Assembly (NCBI GenBank): GCA_963849325.1
Contig: CAWKHF010000002.1
Location: 192,001-256,000 of the forward strand
DNA: 64,000 bases
DNA from: an uncultured Planctomycetota bacterium
GTDB lineage: Bacteria; Planctomycetota; Planctomycetia; Gemmatales; Gemmataceae
Direction: 5' to 3'
The notes below the pieces were generated by a model, which was given only the letters and a program-made list of their open reading frames with translations, was not told the origin of the DNA and made no database searches. Positions 1 through 10,539 of the stretch are shown here, piece after piece; position 1 is the first letter of the stretch, and each line of letters begins with the position of its first letter. Both the position numbers and the translations under genes were made by a program.

Positions 1-1196
1 GCGCCGCCGGCATCACCGCGACTTCCGCCCCGCCTACAACGCCCTGTGGGCCGCCGGCCGACGCGCCGAGGCCCTGGCCTATCGCCTGCTCTGCCTCGCC
101 CTCAAGCCGCTGATGCGTCAGGCCCCGGCGACCACCTGCTCTTCGCCATCGACGACACGCCCACGGCCCGCTACGGCCCCGCGGTGCAGGGCGCCGGCAT
201 CCATCACAACCCCACGCCCGGCCCGGCCGGCGAGAAGTTCGTCTACGGCCACATCTGGGTCACGCTGGCCTGGCTGGCCCGCCATCCCGCCTGGGACACC
301 CTGGCCTTGCCGCTGCGCGCCCTCCTCTACGTCCGCGCCAAGGACGTGCCCACACTGGCCAAGCATTACCCGTGGACGTTCCGCACCAAGCTGGAATTGG
401 CCGCCGAACTGGTCCGCTGGCTGACGCGTCTGGCTGGGCGGCCTGGGCAAGGAGCTGTGGCTGGTCGGTCGATGGCGCCTACGCCAAGCGGCCCTTCCTC
501 AAGCCGGTGCTGGCCTTGGGCGTGGTGGTGTTCAGCCGGCTGCGCAAGGATGCCAACCTGCGGAGCTTGCCGCCGAGCGAAACGTCGGCGCGGTCAGCGG
601 GGGCCGCTGCCGACCTACGGCAAGGAGCGGATCGACCTGGCCAAGCGTGCCGGGCAGAAGCGCGGCTGGCAGACGGTGGCGTGCGTGCAATACGGCGAGC
701 GGGTGGTCAAGACCATCAAGACGTTCGAGGCGACCTGGCGTCCGGCCGGCGGCCGCATCCGCGTGGTGATCGTGCGCGAGGACGACGGCTGGCTGGCCTA
801 CTTCTGCACCGACCCGGCGGTGACGGCGGCGGACGATCCTGGAGGCGATGGCGGATCGCGGCGCCATCGAGCAGTTGTTCAAGGATGTCAAGGAGGTGTG
901 GGGAGCGGGTCAGCAGCAGGTGCGCAACGTGTACGCCAGCATCGGGGCGTTCACGGTCAACCTGGTGCTGTACAGCGTGGTGGAGGCGTGGGCGTGGGCG
1001 CGTGGCGAGGAGGAGTTGGTGGACCGGAGCCGGTCGCCGTGGGACACGGAGGAGCGTCGGCCGTCGCACGCGGACAAGCGTAAGGCGCTGCAACGGCGAA
1101 ATCCTCCGCGAAGAAATCCAGGCGGCTCTGGGGCAGCGGACAGAGCGAGAGGAGTTTCAGGATCTCGCCATCCGCCTGCTCGATCTGGCCGCATGA
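1..1196 (+). CDS. IS701-family DDE transposase (5'-truncated by window edge, several frameshifts)
   Basis: Stitched ORFs 46..1083, 372..1196 and 848..1249 give FAIDDTPT...YGHIW...VDGAYAKRPF...RGAIEQLFKDVKEVWGAG, a DDE pattern typical of IS701-like transposases. Confidence 0.8.
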
Positions 1197-1221
1197 GTGT
1201 TAGATTTTCACGGAAAGTACA
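1..1221 (+). mobile_element. IS701-like insertion sequence, right part
   Basis: Transposase followed by ...cacggaaagtaca (reverse complement tgtactttccgtg), which resembles an IS701-type terminus. The left end is outside the window. Confidence 0.6.
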
Positions 1222-1259
1222 ATCCAGTTCAAGCAAGATGAGTACATGAAGCACTACCA

Positions 1260-2781
1260 GGGTAGGCGTCTCGAAAGTTGGTGGAATTTTTGTACACAAA
1301 GAGGAATGTTGAGCGTTTGCCGGAAATCCACCCTTCACCCGGAGGCCAGCATGAAGGCTCCCCTGTCGGACCAGCAAGAAGCCAAGCCCAAAAACTGGCC
1401 CAAGCCATCGCACAGGCCAGCTACGACGACATCCTCAACATCGCCCGTACCCTCGTCGCCACCGACAACGCCTCTCTCTTCGGCGATACCGAGTTCACCG
1501 TCCGCGACCTCAGCCACCGCATCGCCGCCAAAGCCTACCGCCACCATCTTGAGCAAAAAAAAACGGCTACCAAGGAGCCAGCGTAACCTGTCCCCACTGC
1601 CACTACGCCGCCGCTTATCACGGCGACGCTGCCATCGCCTCGTCGGCCTGTGCGGCGAGCTTCGCCTGCCAACGCGCCTACTACTACTGCCGACGCTGCG
1701 GCCAAGGGCTTTTTCCCCTTCGATCAGCAAGCCGGCATCGGCCCAACGCCGCCTGACCCCCGCCGCCGAACGACTGGCGACTCTGGCCGGCGGCGTCAGC
1801 GACAGCTTCGACAAAGCCCGTCAACTTCTGCACGAGATGGCCGGCGTGCGACTGTCCGAATCGACCGTCGAACGCACCACCGAAGACGTGGGCCAACGCA
1901 TCGCCCGGCTTTTGGGCAAGGCATCACCTTTGGCCCGGATGTGCGTTGGCGTTGGCATCGGGATGCCCAGGGACGAAGCGTGGCCTACGTCACCTTGGAT
2001 GCCAGCGGCACCACGGCAGCAAGGGCCAGGCGGCCGGCACGCCGACGGCCGCATGGCCTATGTCGGCGGCGTCTACAATCCGCCGCCGCCGGAGTGGTTG
2101 CGTCCGGGCGGCCCGGCGCCGCCGCTGCAAGCGCGTTACGTCAGTGGCTTGTATTCGCTGGCGCAGATGGGACCGTTGTTGCGTTACCAGGCGACGGCGG
2201 TGGGCATGCAACCGGCGGAAGTCTGGATCGCCCTCAGCGACGGCGGCAACGGTCTGGAGGAGCTTTTGCAAAGCCATTTCAACCGTGCCGACCTGGTGGT
2301 AATTTTGGACTTTTACCATGCGGCCAGCTATGTGCAAGCGTTGGCGCGTGCCTTGTATGCCGACGAGCGAGAGCAGGCGTCGCGGCAAGCGGAGCAGTGG
2401 TGTCGTTTGTTGAAAGAGGAGGGGGGAGCGACGACGTTGGCGGTGCTGCGTGCCTGGGATTGGCCGGCGCGGAAGTCGTGGGCGTGGCGTGCGGCTTGGC
2501 AGGCGTTGGAGAGTTATTTTGCGAACAATCTGCATCGGATGGAGTATCCGGAGTATGTAGCGGAGGGCTGGCAGATTGGCAGTGGGGTAGTGGAGTCGGC
2601 GTGCAAGACGGTGGTAGGTCAGCGTTTGAAAGGTGCGGGCAAGCGTTGGGGCGAAGCGGGAGCGCATGCGTTGTGTCATGTGCGGGCTTTTACCGCAGTG
2701 AGAATGGTCAATGGGAGGCGTTCTGGGAGCGCGACTACGCGAACTGATCATTTGTTCCACCAACAAAAGTGATGCCTACCC
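1260..2781 (+). mobile_element. ISKra4-like insertion sequence with imperfect 27-bp terminal IRs and 9-bp target-site duplication
   Basis: Left end gggtaggcgtctcgaaagttggtggaa vs reverse complement of right end gggtaggcatcacttttgttggtggaa. Direct repeat gcactacca at 1251-1259 and 2782-2790. Confidence 0.9.
1351..2747 (+). CDS. ISKra4-family transposase (A-run at ~1555 plus further indels)
   Basis: Motifs LSDGGNGL, ILDFYHA, GWQIGSGVVESACKTVVGQRLKGAG. Confidence 0.85.
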
Positions 2782-3025
2782 GCACTACCATCAGCGGAGC
2801 AACGTCGAAAGCACCTTCTCAACGGTTAAGCGGAAGTTCGGCGACTACATTCGCAGCAAGCTGGAAACGGCGATGGTCAACGAGGACTTGCGCAAGTTCC
2901 TCTGTCACAACCTCTGCTGCCTGATTTAAGAAGAGTGCGAGTCGGGAATCGATGCGATCTTCTGGCCGGACGCCAGCCAGTGCAGCTTGAAGTCAACCGT
3001 CCGGTCTGATACGATTTAACCAAAC

Positions 3026-3063
3026 TGCTACGGAATCAATGGTTTAAGATTGATTCCGTAGCA
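3026..3063. terminator. 15-bp perfect inverted repeat, possible terminator
   Basis: tgctacggaatcaat ... attgattccgtagca, just past the stop of the minus-strand gene ending at 3096. Confidence 0.55.
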
Positions 3064-3095
3064 AAGAGCGTGCCATGCTTGGCGTGGGGCCGCCA

Positions 3096-6000
3096 TCATT
3101 TCGGGAGCCGGATCAGCGTGTAATGCGCCTCGGCAGGATAGAAGTCGCCGCCGCCAGAAGCAAGGTTCTTCAGCCGCAATTCGTACACGAACCCTGTCCG
3201 CATCTCGGCGAGTTTCAGCGTCACGCGCCGCGCATCGGCGGCGACGGAAACGTCCGTCACTTTCTCTGTGCGGCGATCGCGGTCGGGACCGCCGTAGGCC
3301 GGCGTCGCCTCGCGGCGGTAGGACTGGAGCGCATAACTGTCGCTTCGCCCGGCCCGCTCGCGGTCGATCGGCCGGAAGAAGTCGAGGACGAAACCGTCGC
3401 GCGTCGCCCGTACCTCGGCGATGCCACAGGGTAATTTGTCGGGCTGGACCTGGACGCGGACGATTTCACCGACGTTGTTGCCGGCGCCCCAGCCGCTGTC
3501 GCGGATGCTGCCGACGTACAACTCGCCGCGCGGCGACACGGCGCAGACCAGCGGACCCAGAAAACCGCGCTGCGGGTCCGTCGGTGGGATGCTGAGCGGG
3601 TACGCCGCTCCCTGGAAGGTGTCGCCGACACGCTGGAGCGTCATGCGGATCAGCCGCCGCGTGTCGTACTCGCAGCCGAGAAGGTGTCCTTCCAGCGGGC
3701 CGAAGACGTCGCGGCCGAGCTTCGCGCGCAGCTCCTTCGGGGTGTACAGGAAACAGATGCCGTTGACACTGCGCGTCCACGGATGCGGGATGTCGATGGC
3801 CGATGGCGTGCGCGGCGGCGCCGGCTTGCCGCGGTCGAGGTAGTTAATGAAGCCGAAGTGGGTGTCCGGCCGAACGTGGTTCAGTTCGTTGAACGGCTTG
3901 TAATTGCCCTGGTTGTCGGTGACGAACAGTTCGCCGGCGCGGTCCAGCGCCAGGCCCATTGGGAAGCGATGGCCGGCGGAGATCGACATGGGCGCGAACC
4001 GTCGCGGATCGTCCGTCGTCGGCGGACGCGGCACCAGGCGCAGGACGTCGCCATGAAACCGAGCGGCGGCCGGCGAGCGTTTGTCCTGCTGGCAGGGGAT
4101 GCCGAGGAAGTATTCGCCGCGCTCGTTTTGCGGCAGGCCCACGGCCCAGTCATGGTAGTCCGGGCTGTAACCCCAGCCGGAGGCAATTACCTCAACCCGT
4201 CGGCCCGACGGGCTCGCGTCGCCCAGGCGCAGCACGGCATACTTGGCGCTGACATCGACGTAACCGGGTCCGGCGTGGACGCCATACGGCGCCGGCAGGC
4301 CGTCGGCCAGAAGTCGCAAACGGTCCTCGTCGCCATCGCCATCCGTGTCCATCGCCTCGTAGACCTGGCCTTTCAGCGAGCAGAAGACGAGTCGGCCGTC
4401 CGGCCTCCAGGACAGCCCTGTCGGCATGATTTCGGACGACAGAGGGAGCCGTTCGCCGACGAAGCCGGGGGCGACCTCCACGGGTTCGCCCTTGCGGACA
4501 ACGACCGGAGGCTGCGGCACCTCGGCGAAGCGATCGACGGGAACCTCCGACTGATAGTACACACGGGCACCAACCGTCCCCTTTGCGTCGGGGGCCAGCA
4601 CGATGTTCGTGGCATCGTCCGTGAAACGTGCGTCCATTGGCTTCACGAGGACGATGCGGCTGGCGAAGCGATCGCCGAGGCGGATGGTGCGGCCATCGGC
4701 CGAGCGCATCGCTTTCCGCGCCGCTTCCGGGGCCAGCAGGCGCAATCGCACTTCGGTCTTGGCGGGAACGCCCTCCACCGATAGTTCCTCGGCAAACCCC
4801 GCAGCCAGCGGAGTCAACTTGCGACGGACTCGGAGCACCACCGTTTTCGACCCTTCGCCGACCGGGGCGGGGACATCAAACTTCAGCCGAGAACTCACCA
4901 CGACGCCGGGGCCATCCGTCTGCCAGGCATCGGCCTCCGCGACGAACTGGCCGAGCGCCTGGGCCGATAGCACACCGTCGGCGCTCGCAGCGACAGGTCC
5001 GGCCCGGCCAGCCCCGTGTCGAGGACCGTTGTCCCCGCCAGTTCCCAGAACCACGCTTTGCCCTTGGTCCGCTGGCGGGCGGTATCGCCGACGGTCCACC
5101 GGACCAGGCTGCCGGAACCCAGGTCGAGCAGTACGTTGTGCCGGTTCGCTAGGCCGGCGAGGAACGGTTGGAGCCACATTTTCCCGTCCTGCTGCACGAT
5201 GTCGGTCAGCAGGACCGGCTCGGCGCCGGCATCGTTGCCGGACTGCCGGAGAGTGCGGATCGGGTTGGGCAGCGGCGGCTCGAAGCCGGGCAGGTTGAGG
5301 ACGTGCCACACGGCGGCGAGCTGATCGTCCAGCTTGCCATCGAGTACCCCGGACACCGGAATTTGCACCGACGGCATCTCCATGCGCGGCACGATCCGCG
5401 CCGGGTTGCGCACCCAGCGGTCGAACCACGGTCGGCGGATACGGTGATCGAGCTGCGACAGATCCGGCCCGCGGGCGTTGAGCGGAGCGCTCGGCGGCAG
5501 CACACGGCCGACCTGGTGGCAGCTGGTGCAGCCGAAGCCGTCGCTGGAGAGGAGCCGGCCGCCGGCAAGGGTATAGCGGTCCTGCCGAGACGGGTCCGTC
5601 GGCGGAGGCAAAGCCGTCTCGCGCGGGGGCACGCGGTCGGTGTCGATCAGGTGGCGCACCAGCGCCTGCAACTCCTCGTCCGCGAGGGGGAAGCGCGGCA
5701 TGCGCACGTGGAGATAAGAGCGATGCGTCTCGCCCCGGCGGACGATCGCATCGGCGAGAGCCGAGTCGGTGAGCTTGTCGCCGACGCTGTTGAGGGCGGG
5801 CGGCGTCAGCGCAGGCACCAGGGGAGCAAGGTCGGGATAGCGGCGGGCCACGGCGGTCAGCTTGTCGGCCAGCAGCGGCGGCAGCAGCGGGATCGTCTCG
5901 CGCGTCCCTTCCCGCGCGTGACAGGCGAGGCAGTTGTGCTCGGCCAGAATGAGCCGGCCGTCGCGCCGCGGCGAACGGGTGCCAGCGTAGTAGTTGCGCA

Positions 6001-7352
6001 GGGCCAGGGCATCGCCTTTGTTCAGCCGGTAGCCGGGACGCTGTTTCGCCGCCTCGGGTGTACCGGCGCAGGAGTGGTCCCAGTTGCTCCGCTCGCGCAG
6101 CCGCGGCACCGAGCGAACTGCCCTGTCCGGTTCGGCGCCGGGCAGTCGATGGCAGGCGCCGCAGCGGAAGCTGCTCGACCAATTTTCCGCCCTCATCGCC
6201 TTGCTCGCCGCGGCCGCGAGGAGTAAAGTCCGGCTTAACCTCTCCCGTTTTCTGGGCGGCGAGGAAGAGGGATAGGGAAGTCCGCTCGTCGTCCGACAGC
6301 GCGAACACCGGCATGTGGTGATCGCGGTTGAGGCGAGCCGGGTCGGCGAGCCAAACGGCGAAGAAACCGGCAGGCCGTTTGTCCGCAACGTGCGTCAGGT
6401 CGCCGCCGCCGAGCCAGCCGCTGGCGCCGAGGTCGCGCCAGGTATGGCAGGCCAGACAGCCCAGCGTCAGGAACAGGCGCTCGCCGGTTTGGGCGTCGGG
6501 CTTTGGCGCCTTCTTCCGCGGCTTTTTCTCCGGCGGAGGAGCAGGCGTGGGACGCTCCTCCGACCGCGCCGAAAGGAGCCAGTCGGCGATGGCTTCCGCC
6601 TGCGCTTCCGACAAGCCCAGCGCCGGCATCCGTCGCGGCGATCGTTCGTCCGGCGCGGACGAGACGTGCTCGCCGGCGATCAGCCAGCGGACCAGCCAGC
6701 CGCGCGACAGATTTCCTCGCAAGCGATCCAGCGCCGGCGCCGGCCGAGACGGCTGCTGCTCGCCGTGACAGCGGCCGCAACGCAGCACACGGGCGAGCAG
6801 TTGGCCGCGCTCGTAATCGCGGCCGATTGTCTTCTCACGTGGATGAAACAGGGAGCGCGACGGCATCGGCTCCAGTCCAAAGTCGGGACCGGACCAGAGA
6901 AGCATCAGTCGGGCGTCCTTCTCCGTCCGCCGGAAGGACAGCTCCAACGGGTGATAATCGGCGCTGAGCCGCACCGCGGCCGATGTCAACCAATCCTGTC
7001 GCACATTCTGGCGAGGCACGATCGCCTGTCCGGCGATTTTCAGCTCCACCTCTCCGGTAGCGAACAGGAAGAAGTGGTACTCGCCGCGCGTGGTGACAAG
7101 CAGATGTCCCTGCCAGCTTGCCCGGAACTCGCCTGCGACCAGGCGCGGATCGGGCGGCGTCTCGCCCCAGTGGAAGGCCGGTTGGGGATCGAGCCGGATC
7201 ACCGTATGGCCCTGGCCATCGCGGAAGTTCGCCAGCAGTCCAGGCAGGAAAGGCTCGTCATCGTCCGCCCCTTCGGCGGCGAGCGCCGGCGATCCGATCA
7301 CCAGCACGGCCAGCACGATGAGCCGAGTGAGGATACGCAGCAATCCAGGCAT
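3096..7352 (-). CDS. Exported multiheme cytochrome c with N-terminal PA14-like domain and C-terminal dehydrogenase-like beta-propeller (compensating frameshifts ~6170 and ~4990)
   Basis: Signal peptide. PA14-like GEFRASWQG...LMLLWSGPDF. Five CxxCH (CGRCH, CLACH, CGACH, CLACH, CTSCH) when ORF 4895..6388 is stitched in. Propeller motifs GHRFPMGL, TDNQGNY. Confidence 0.8.
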   Translation of the reverse strand: MPGLLRILTRLIVLAVLVIGSPALAAEGADDDEPFLPGLLANFRDGQGHTVIRLDPQPAFHWGETPPDPRLVAGEFRASWQGHLLVTTRGEYHFFLFATGEVELKIAGQAIVPRQNVRQDWLTSAAVRLSADYHPLELSFRRTEKDARLMLLWSGPDFGLEPMPSRSLFHPREKTIGRDYERGQLLARVLRCGRCHGEQQPSRPAPALDRLRGNLSRGWLVRWLIAGEHVSSAPDERSPRRMPALGLSEAQAEAIADWLLSARSEERPTPAPPPEKKPRKKAPKPDAQTGERLFLTLGCLACHTWRDLGASGWLGGGDLTHVADKRPAGFFAVWLADPARLNRDHHMPVFALSDDERTSLSLFLAAQKTGEVKPDFTPRGRGEQGDEGGKLVEQLPLRRLPSTARRRTGQGSSLGAAAARAEQLGPLLRRYTRGGETASRLPAEQRRCPGPAQLLRWHPFAAARRPAHSGRAQLPRLSRAGRDARDDPAAAAAAGRQADRRGPPLSRPCSPGACADAARPQQRRRQAHRLGSRRCDRPPGRDASLLSPRAHAALPPRGRGVAGAGAPPDRHRPRAPARDGFASADGPVSAGPLYPCRRPAPLQRRLRLHQLPPGRPCAAAERSAQRPRAGSVAARSPYPPTVVRPLGAQPGADRAAHGDAVGANSGVRGTRWQAGRSARRRVARPQPARLRAAAAQPDPHSPAVRQRCRRRAGPADRHRAAGRENVAPTVPRRPSEPAQRTARPGFRQPGPVDRRRYRPPADQGQSVVLGTGGDNGPRHGAGRAGPVAASADGVLSAQALGQFVAEADAWQTDGPGVVVSSRLKFDVPAPVGEGSKTVVLRVRRKLTPLAAGFAEELSVEGVPAKTEVRLRLLAPEAARKAMRSADGRTIRLGDRFASRIVLVKPMDARFTDDATNIVLAPDAKGTVGARVYYQSEVPVDRFAEVPQPPVVVRKGEPVEVAPGFVGERLPLSSEIMPTGLSWRPDGRLVFCSLKGQVYEAMDTDGDGDEDRLRLLADGLPAPYGVHAGPGYVDVSAKYAVLRLGDASPSGRRVEVIASGWGYSPDYHDWAVGLPQNERGEYFLGIPCQQDKRSPAAARFHGDVLRLVPRPPTTDDPRRFAPMSISAGHRFPMGLALDRAGELFVTDNQGNYKPFNELNHVRPDTHFGFINYLDRGKPAPPRTPSAIDIPHPWTRSVNGICFLYTPKELRAKLGRDVFGPLEGHLLGCEYDTRRLIRMTLQRVGDTFQGAAYPLSIPPTDPQRGFLGPLVCAVSPRGELYVGSIRDSGWGAGNNVGEIVRVQVQPDKLPCGIAEVRATRDGFVLDFFRPIDRERAGRSDSYALQSYRREATPAYGGPDRDRRTEKVTDVSVAADARRVTLKLAEMRTGFVYELRLKNLASGGGDFYPAEAHYTLIRLPK

Positions 7353-7396
7353 TCAGGACGTCCTTCTGCTGAAACGCGGGCGCCTTTGCTAATGTA

Positions 7397-9703
7397 TCAC
7401 TTCGGCCAGTGCAAATGCTGGTGCAGGAAGTCGAACGTCCCCTTGCCGTGGATAGCATGGCCATCGTTGGAAAATTCGATGGCCGTGCGTTCGCCCAGGC
7501 CGAGGTGGTCGTAGAGCCGGCGCACCTTGGCGTATTCGTAGGCCACCCACTCATCGGGGGCCACGGGATCGTCGTGGCCGCGCTCCACCATGAACGGCCG
7601 CGGCAGCATCAGCGCCGCCATCTCGGCATAGTTGAACGTCGCGCCCATGTCGAAATAGGGCATCTCCCATTCGACGGTGAACATAAAGCTATATTTCGCA
7701 TCCGTGGAGGCCACCTTGCGGGCCCAGTCGTTGAAGTCGGCCGAGCAGATCGACAGGCAGTAGCGCTCCAGCAGCGGCGGCACGCGCACCGCCGTCTCGC
7801 CGCCGTAGCTGAGTCCGTAGAAGGCGATGCGCGTGGGATCGACCTGCGGCAGTTTCTCCAGCCAGTTGAGGATTTGCTGGTGCTGCGCCAGGATGAACGA
7901 GAACAGGGACGCCTTGGCGGTGTTGGCCTTGCGGCTGAGAAAGCGATAACGGTCCTCGCCGCGATAGGGATTGTGTGGGGCGAACACGATGAAGCCGCGC
8001 TCGGCCAGGCGGGCGCCAAAGTTACGAAGAGAGGGTTTGTCTCCCTCGATGGCGTGCCAGGGTAGGCCGTTGCGTCCGTGCTGGCAGACGACGACGGGCC
8101 GTTTCTCGCCGGGCTTGAGGTCTTTGGGCAGCAGCAGCACCCCCCAGGCGAACACGTCGGGATGAACGTCCAGGACGACTTCATAGCCCACCCACTTGTC
8201 GCGGTCGTAGACCTTGCGCGAACGCGGATTGGGCGGCAGCGAAGGATCGTCGAGTTTGCCGAGCACCTCGGTCCAGAGATAACGTCGATAGCGCGGCGTC
8301 TCCTTCACGAACGCATCCAGTGCTCGATGGCCGGGAGCCGGATTGATCGGGAAGAAGCGATCGCGCACGCGGTCGGCGCCGCGCACCAGACGCTGGACGT
8401 GGCGCTCCAGTTCCCGCACCTGGCGTCGCTGTCGCTCGGCGGGATCAAGGCGGCGGCGATGCTCCGCAGGCAGATCGTCCGACAGCTTCATGGCCGATTC
8501 GATTCCGAGCAGGTGGGCGAACGCTTGCAGTGCTCGCGGCGAGCCGGGTCCGACCGTCTGGCCATCGCTGCCGGCGATGAGGTGCCGAGGCTGGAAGTTG
8601 GGTTTTAACAGCGTATCGATGCGTCGAAATTCCGCCTGGACCGAGGCAAACTCCGGAGTCGTCACCTTTCCGGCGGCCGCACCACCGCGCCGCCCGGGTT
8701 GGACCGGCGGAGGCTCCTTCACCGTCGGCGCCTCGCTGTGCTCCACGACCAGGCCGCGCGGGGCGATCAGCGTGGCAATCTCCGCGTCGCCGAACTCGTG
8801 CAATAGGCTCCAGACGTTGCGATAAATCGGCTCCTGCCAGGTGCGCTGCCGACTGTCGAAATAGCCACTGACCAGGCAAGCGTCGATGCGCGGATCGACG
8901 GCGGCGGCGTAGAAGGCGAGCAGACCGCCCTCGCCGTAGCCGACGACGCCGACTTTCGCCTTCGGGCCGGGCCGCTGCTTGAACCAGTCCACGACGGCGA
9001 GGATTTTCTGTACCTCGTAACCGATGACGTGCCGACCCATGTGGTAGGCTTGCCGATAAATCCACTCCCGATGCGGCTGATTGGTCCAGGCGACCTCGGC
9101 GTTTCCCGACCAGCGATCGGAGCGATCGATCAGCACCGGCACGACGACCCGGAAACCGTTCTCCGCCAGCCGGCGGGCGAACTGCGCTTCCTTCTCCACA
9201 CCCGGTGCCAGGCCCACGAGTTGTTCCGGTGTCTGGTCGGCGTCCGGCAGCGCGACGACGCACGCACGCGGCTCGTCCTTCGGTTCCAGAAGCAACCCTT
9301 CGCCGCTGACGTCATCGAGCACCAGCCAGCGGACTTGATAGATCCGGTAACGATCCATCTCGGCCACGAGCGCGAGAGCAACGTCATCACCGAAGCGCTC
9401 CATGCGAACGGGCAAACGCGGATCGACGACGCCGATGATCTTTTGAAAGCGTTGGCGGTTGGGCTGAATCGACTTCTCGTAAGCCGCGGCGGAGGAAAAG
9501 TCCCGCCGCCAATGGCGTGGGCGCTGTTCGATCGATTGCTCGATCTTTTTCTCGATATAGGCGTGCAGACCGTCCATCATCTTGTCGGCGAGATCGCTCT
9601 TTTCGCTCAGGGGCACGGTGCCCGGCAGGCGTAAGACTTCTTCGGCCGACGCCAGCAACGGTGACAAGAAGAAGGCGAGAGGAAGACAACGCGGCAGGAT
9701 CAT
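7397..9703 (-). CDS. Exported tandem alpha/beta hydrolase (dienelactone hydrolase/Abhydrolase_7-like)
   Basis: Signal peptide. Two hydrolase modules, GYGEGG (degenerate) and GLSYGG (nucleophile elbow), with terminal GH. Confidence 0.75.
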   Translation of the reverse strand: MILPRCLPLAFFLSPLLASAEEVLRLPGTVPLSEKSDLADKMMDGLHAYIEKKIEQSIEQRPRHWRRDFSSAAAYEKSIQPNRQRFQKIIGVVDPRLPVRMERFGDDVALALVAEMDRYRIYQVRWLVLDDVSGEGLLLEPKDEPRACVVALPDADQTPEQLVGLAPGVEKEAQFARRLAENGFRVVVPVLIDRSDRWSGNAEVAWTNQPHREWIYRQAYHMGRHVIGYEVQKILAVVDWFKQRPGPKAKVGVVGYGEGGLLAFYAAAVDPRIDACLVSGYFDSRQRTWQEPIYRNVWSLLHEFGDAEIATLIAPRGLVVEHSEAPTVKEPPPVQPGRRGGAAAGKVTTPEFASVQAEFRRIDTLLKPNFQPRHLIAGSDGQTVGPGSPRALQAFAHLLGIESAMKLSDDLPAEHRRRLDPAERQRRQVRELERHVQRLVRGADRVRDRFFPINPAPGHRALDAFVKETPRYRRYLWTEVLGKLDDPSLPPNPRSRKVYDRDKWVGYEVVLDVHPDVFAWGVLLLPKDLKPGEKRPVVVCQHGRNGLPWHAIEGDKPSLRNFGARLAERGFIVFAPHNPYRGEDRYRFLSRKANTAKASLFSFILAQHQQILNWLEKLPQVDPTRIAFYGLSYGGETAVRVPPLLERYCLSICSADFNDWARKVASTDAKYSFMFTVEWEMPYFDMGATFNYAEMAALMLPRPFMVERGHDDPVAPDEWVAYEYAKVRRLYDHLGLGERTAIEFSNDGHAIHGKGTFDFLHQHLHWPK

Positions 9704-9803
9704 ACGCAGCCTCTCTTCACGAGTTTCGGGATCGATACCCCCACAGCGGTTACGGCAGCCATGCGTCCCGAAGCGATTCTACCGGATGGACGAAAAAAGA
9801 CGC

Positions 9804-9896
9804 AAAACCACGAATCACACGAATAACACGAATAAGAAAAAACACGAAGAATGTACCTCTTCTTTCATTCGTGTCATTCGTGTGATTCGTGGTTTT
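9804..9896. repeat. Long palindromic element built of 9-nt units (family C, copy 1)
   Basis: Arm aaaaccacgaatcacacgaataacacgaat and its reverse complement (1 mismatch in 30). Confidence 0.9.
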
Positions 9897-10539
9897 CCTC
9901 TTTACTATAGTGGTCCTTACTTCCGATTGTCCGCAAGACGGCGCGGACAGGACTGGCATCGAAGCCGACCAGCTTCAACGGCAGCGCGATCAGCTCGTAC
10001 CGTCCTTCCGGCACATCCTTGAGCAGCAACCCTTCGAGGATCGCCATGTCGTACCTCAGGAATTGCCGATGGCTGGGCAGGTCCGTCGAGTCGAACAGGT
10101 CCACGCTCGGCGTGTCGATGCCGACCAGGCGGACGCCTTGCCGGTGCAGATGGACCACCAGTTCCGGGTCCAGGGCGGCGAAGTCCTCGTTGAAGTCCTC
10201 CGGATTGGGATAGGTGCCGGTGGCCAGCAACACGCGGGGCGCCTCGATGGGTCCGGGCAGCATGTCCGGCGCGATGCGTACACGCCGCGGCACGCTCAGC
10301 CGCACTACCTGGCATGGGCCGAGGTAATCGTCGAGCCGACACTGATCGATGGCCGGCGCATCGGCGCCGTAGTGGCTCGGCGCGTCGGCGTGGGCGCCGA
10401 GGTGGACCGTGGCGTGCAGGGTGGACAGGGTGATGTTATCGCCGCGCCGCAGGTCGCACAGCACTTGCCGCGATGGCGGCGTATCGCCGGGCCAGACGCG
10501 AAGACGCGGCGAGATGGTGGGAGTGATGTCGAAAATCAT
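9874..10539 (-). CDS. kynB: Kynurenine formamidase (cyclase family)
   Basis: MIFDITPTIS...WPGD...HLGAHADAP...GIDTPSVD...ILEGL...SPVRAVL. ATGA overlap with kynA. Confidence 0.88.
   Translation of the reverse strand: MIFDITPTISPRLRVWPGDTPPSRQVLCDLRRGDNITLSTLHATVHLGAHADAPSHYGADAPAIDQCRLDDYLGPCQVVRLSVPRRVRIAPDMLPGPIEAPRVLLATGTYPNPEDFNEDFAALDPELVVHLHRQGVRLVGIDTPSVDLFDSTDLPSHRQFLRYDMAILEGLLLKDVPEGRYELIALPLKLVGFDASPVRAVLRTIGSKDHYSKEENHESHE

Larger units (their letters stand above)
1222..2929 (+). pseudogene. C-terminal remnant of a third DDE transposase, split by the ISKra4-like element
   Basis: Removing the IS and one DR joins IQFKQDEYMKHYH to QRSNVESTFSTVKRKFG..., a Y-x2-R-x3-E-x6-K motif of IS4/IS5/IS1182-type enzymes. 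Confidence 0.75.

Noticed and set aside
9804-9896. 9-nt tandem units as a mini-CRISPR or iteron set
   Set aside because: Units are arranged as inverted arms without spacers and are dispersed at gene ends. No rep or cas gene is nearby.
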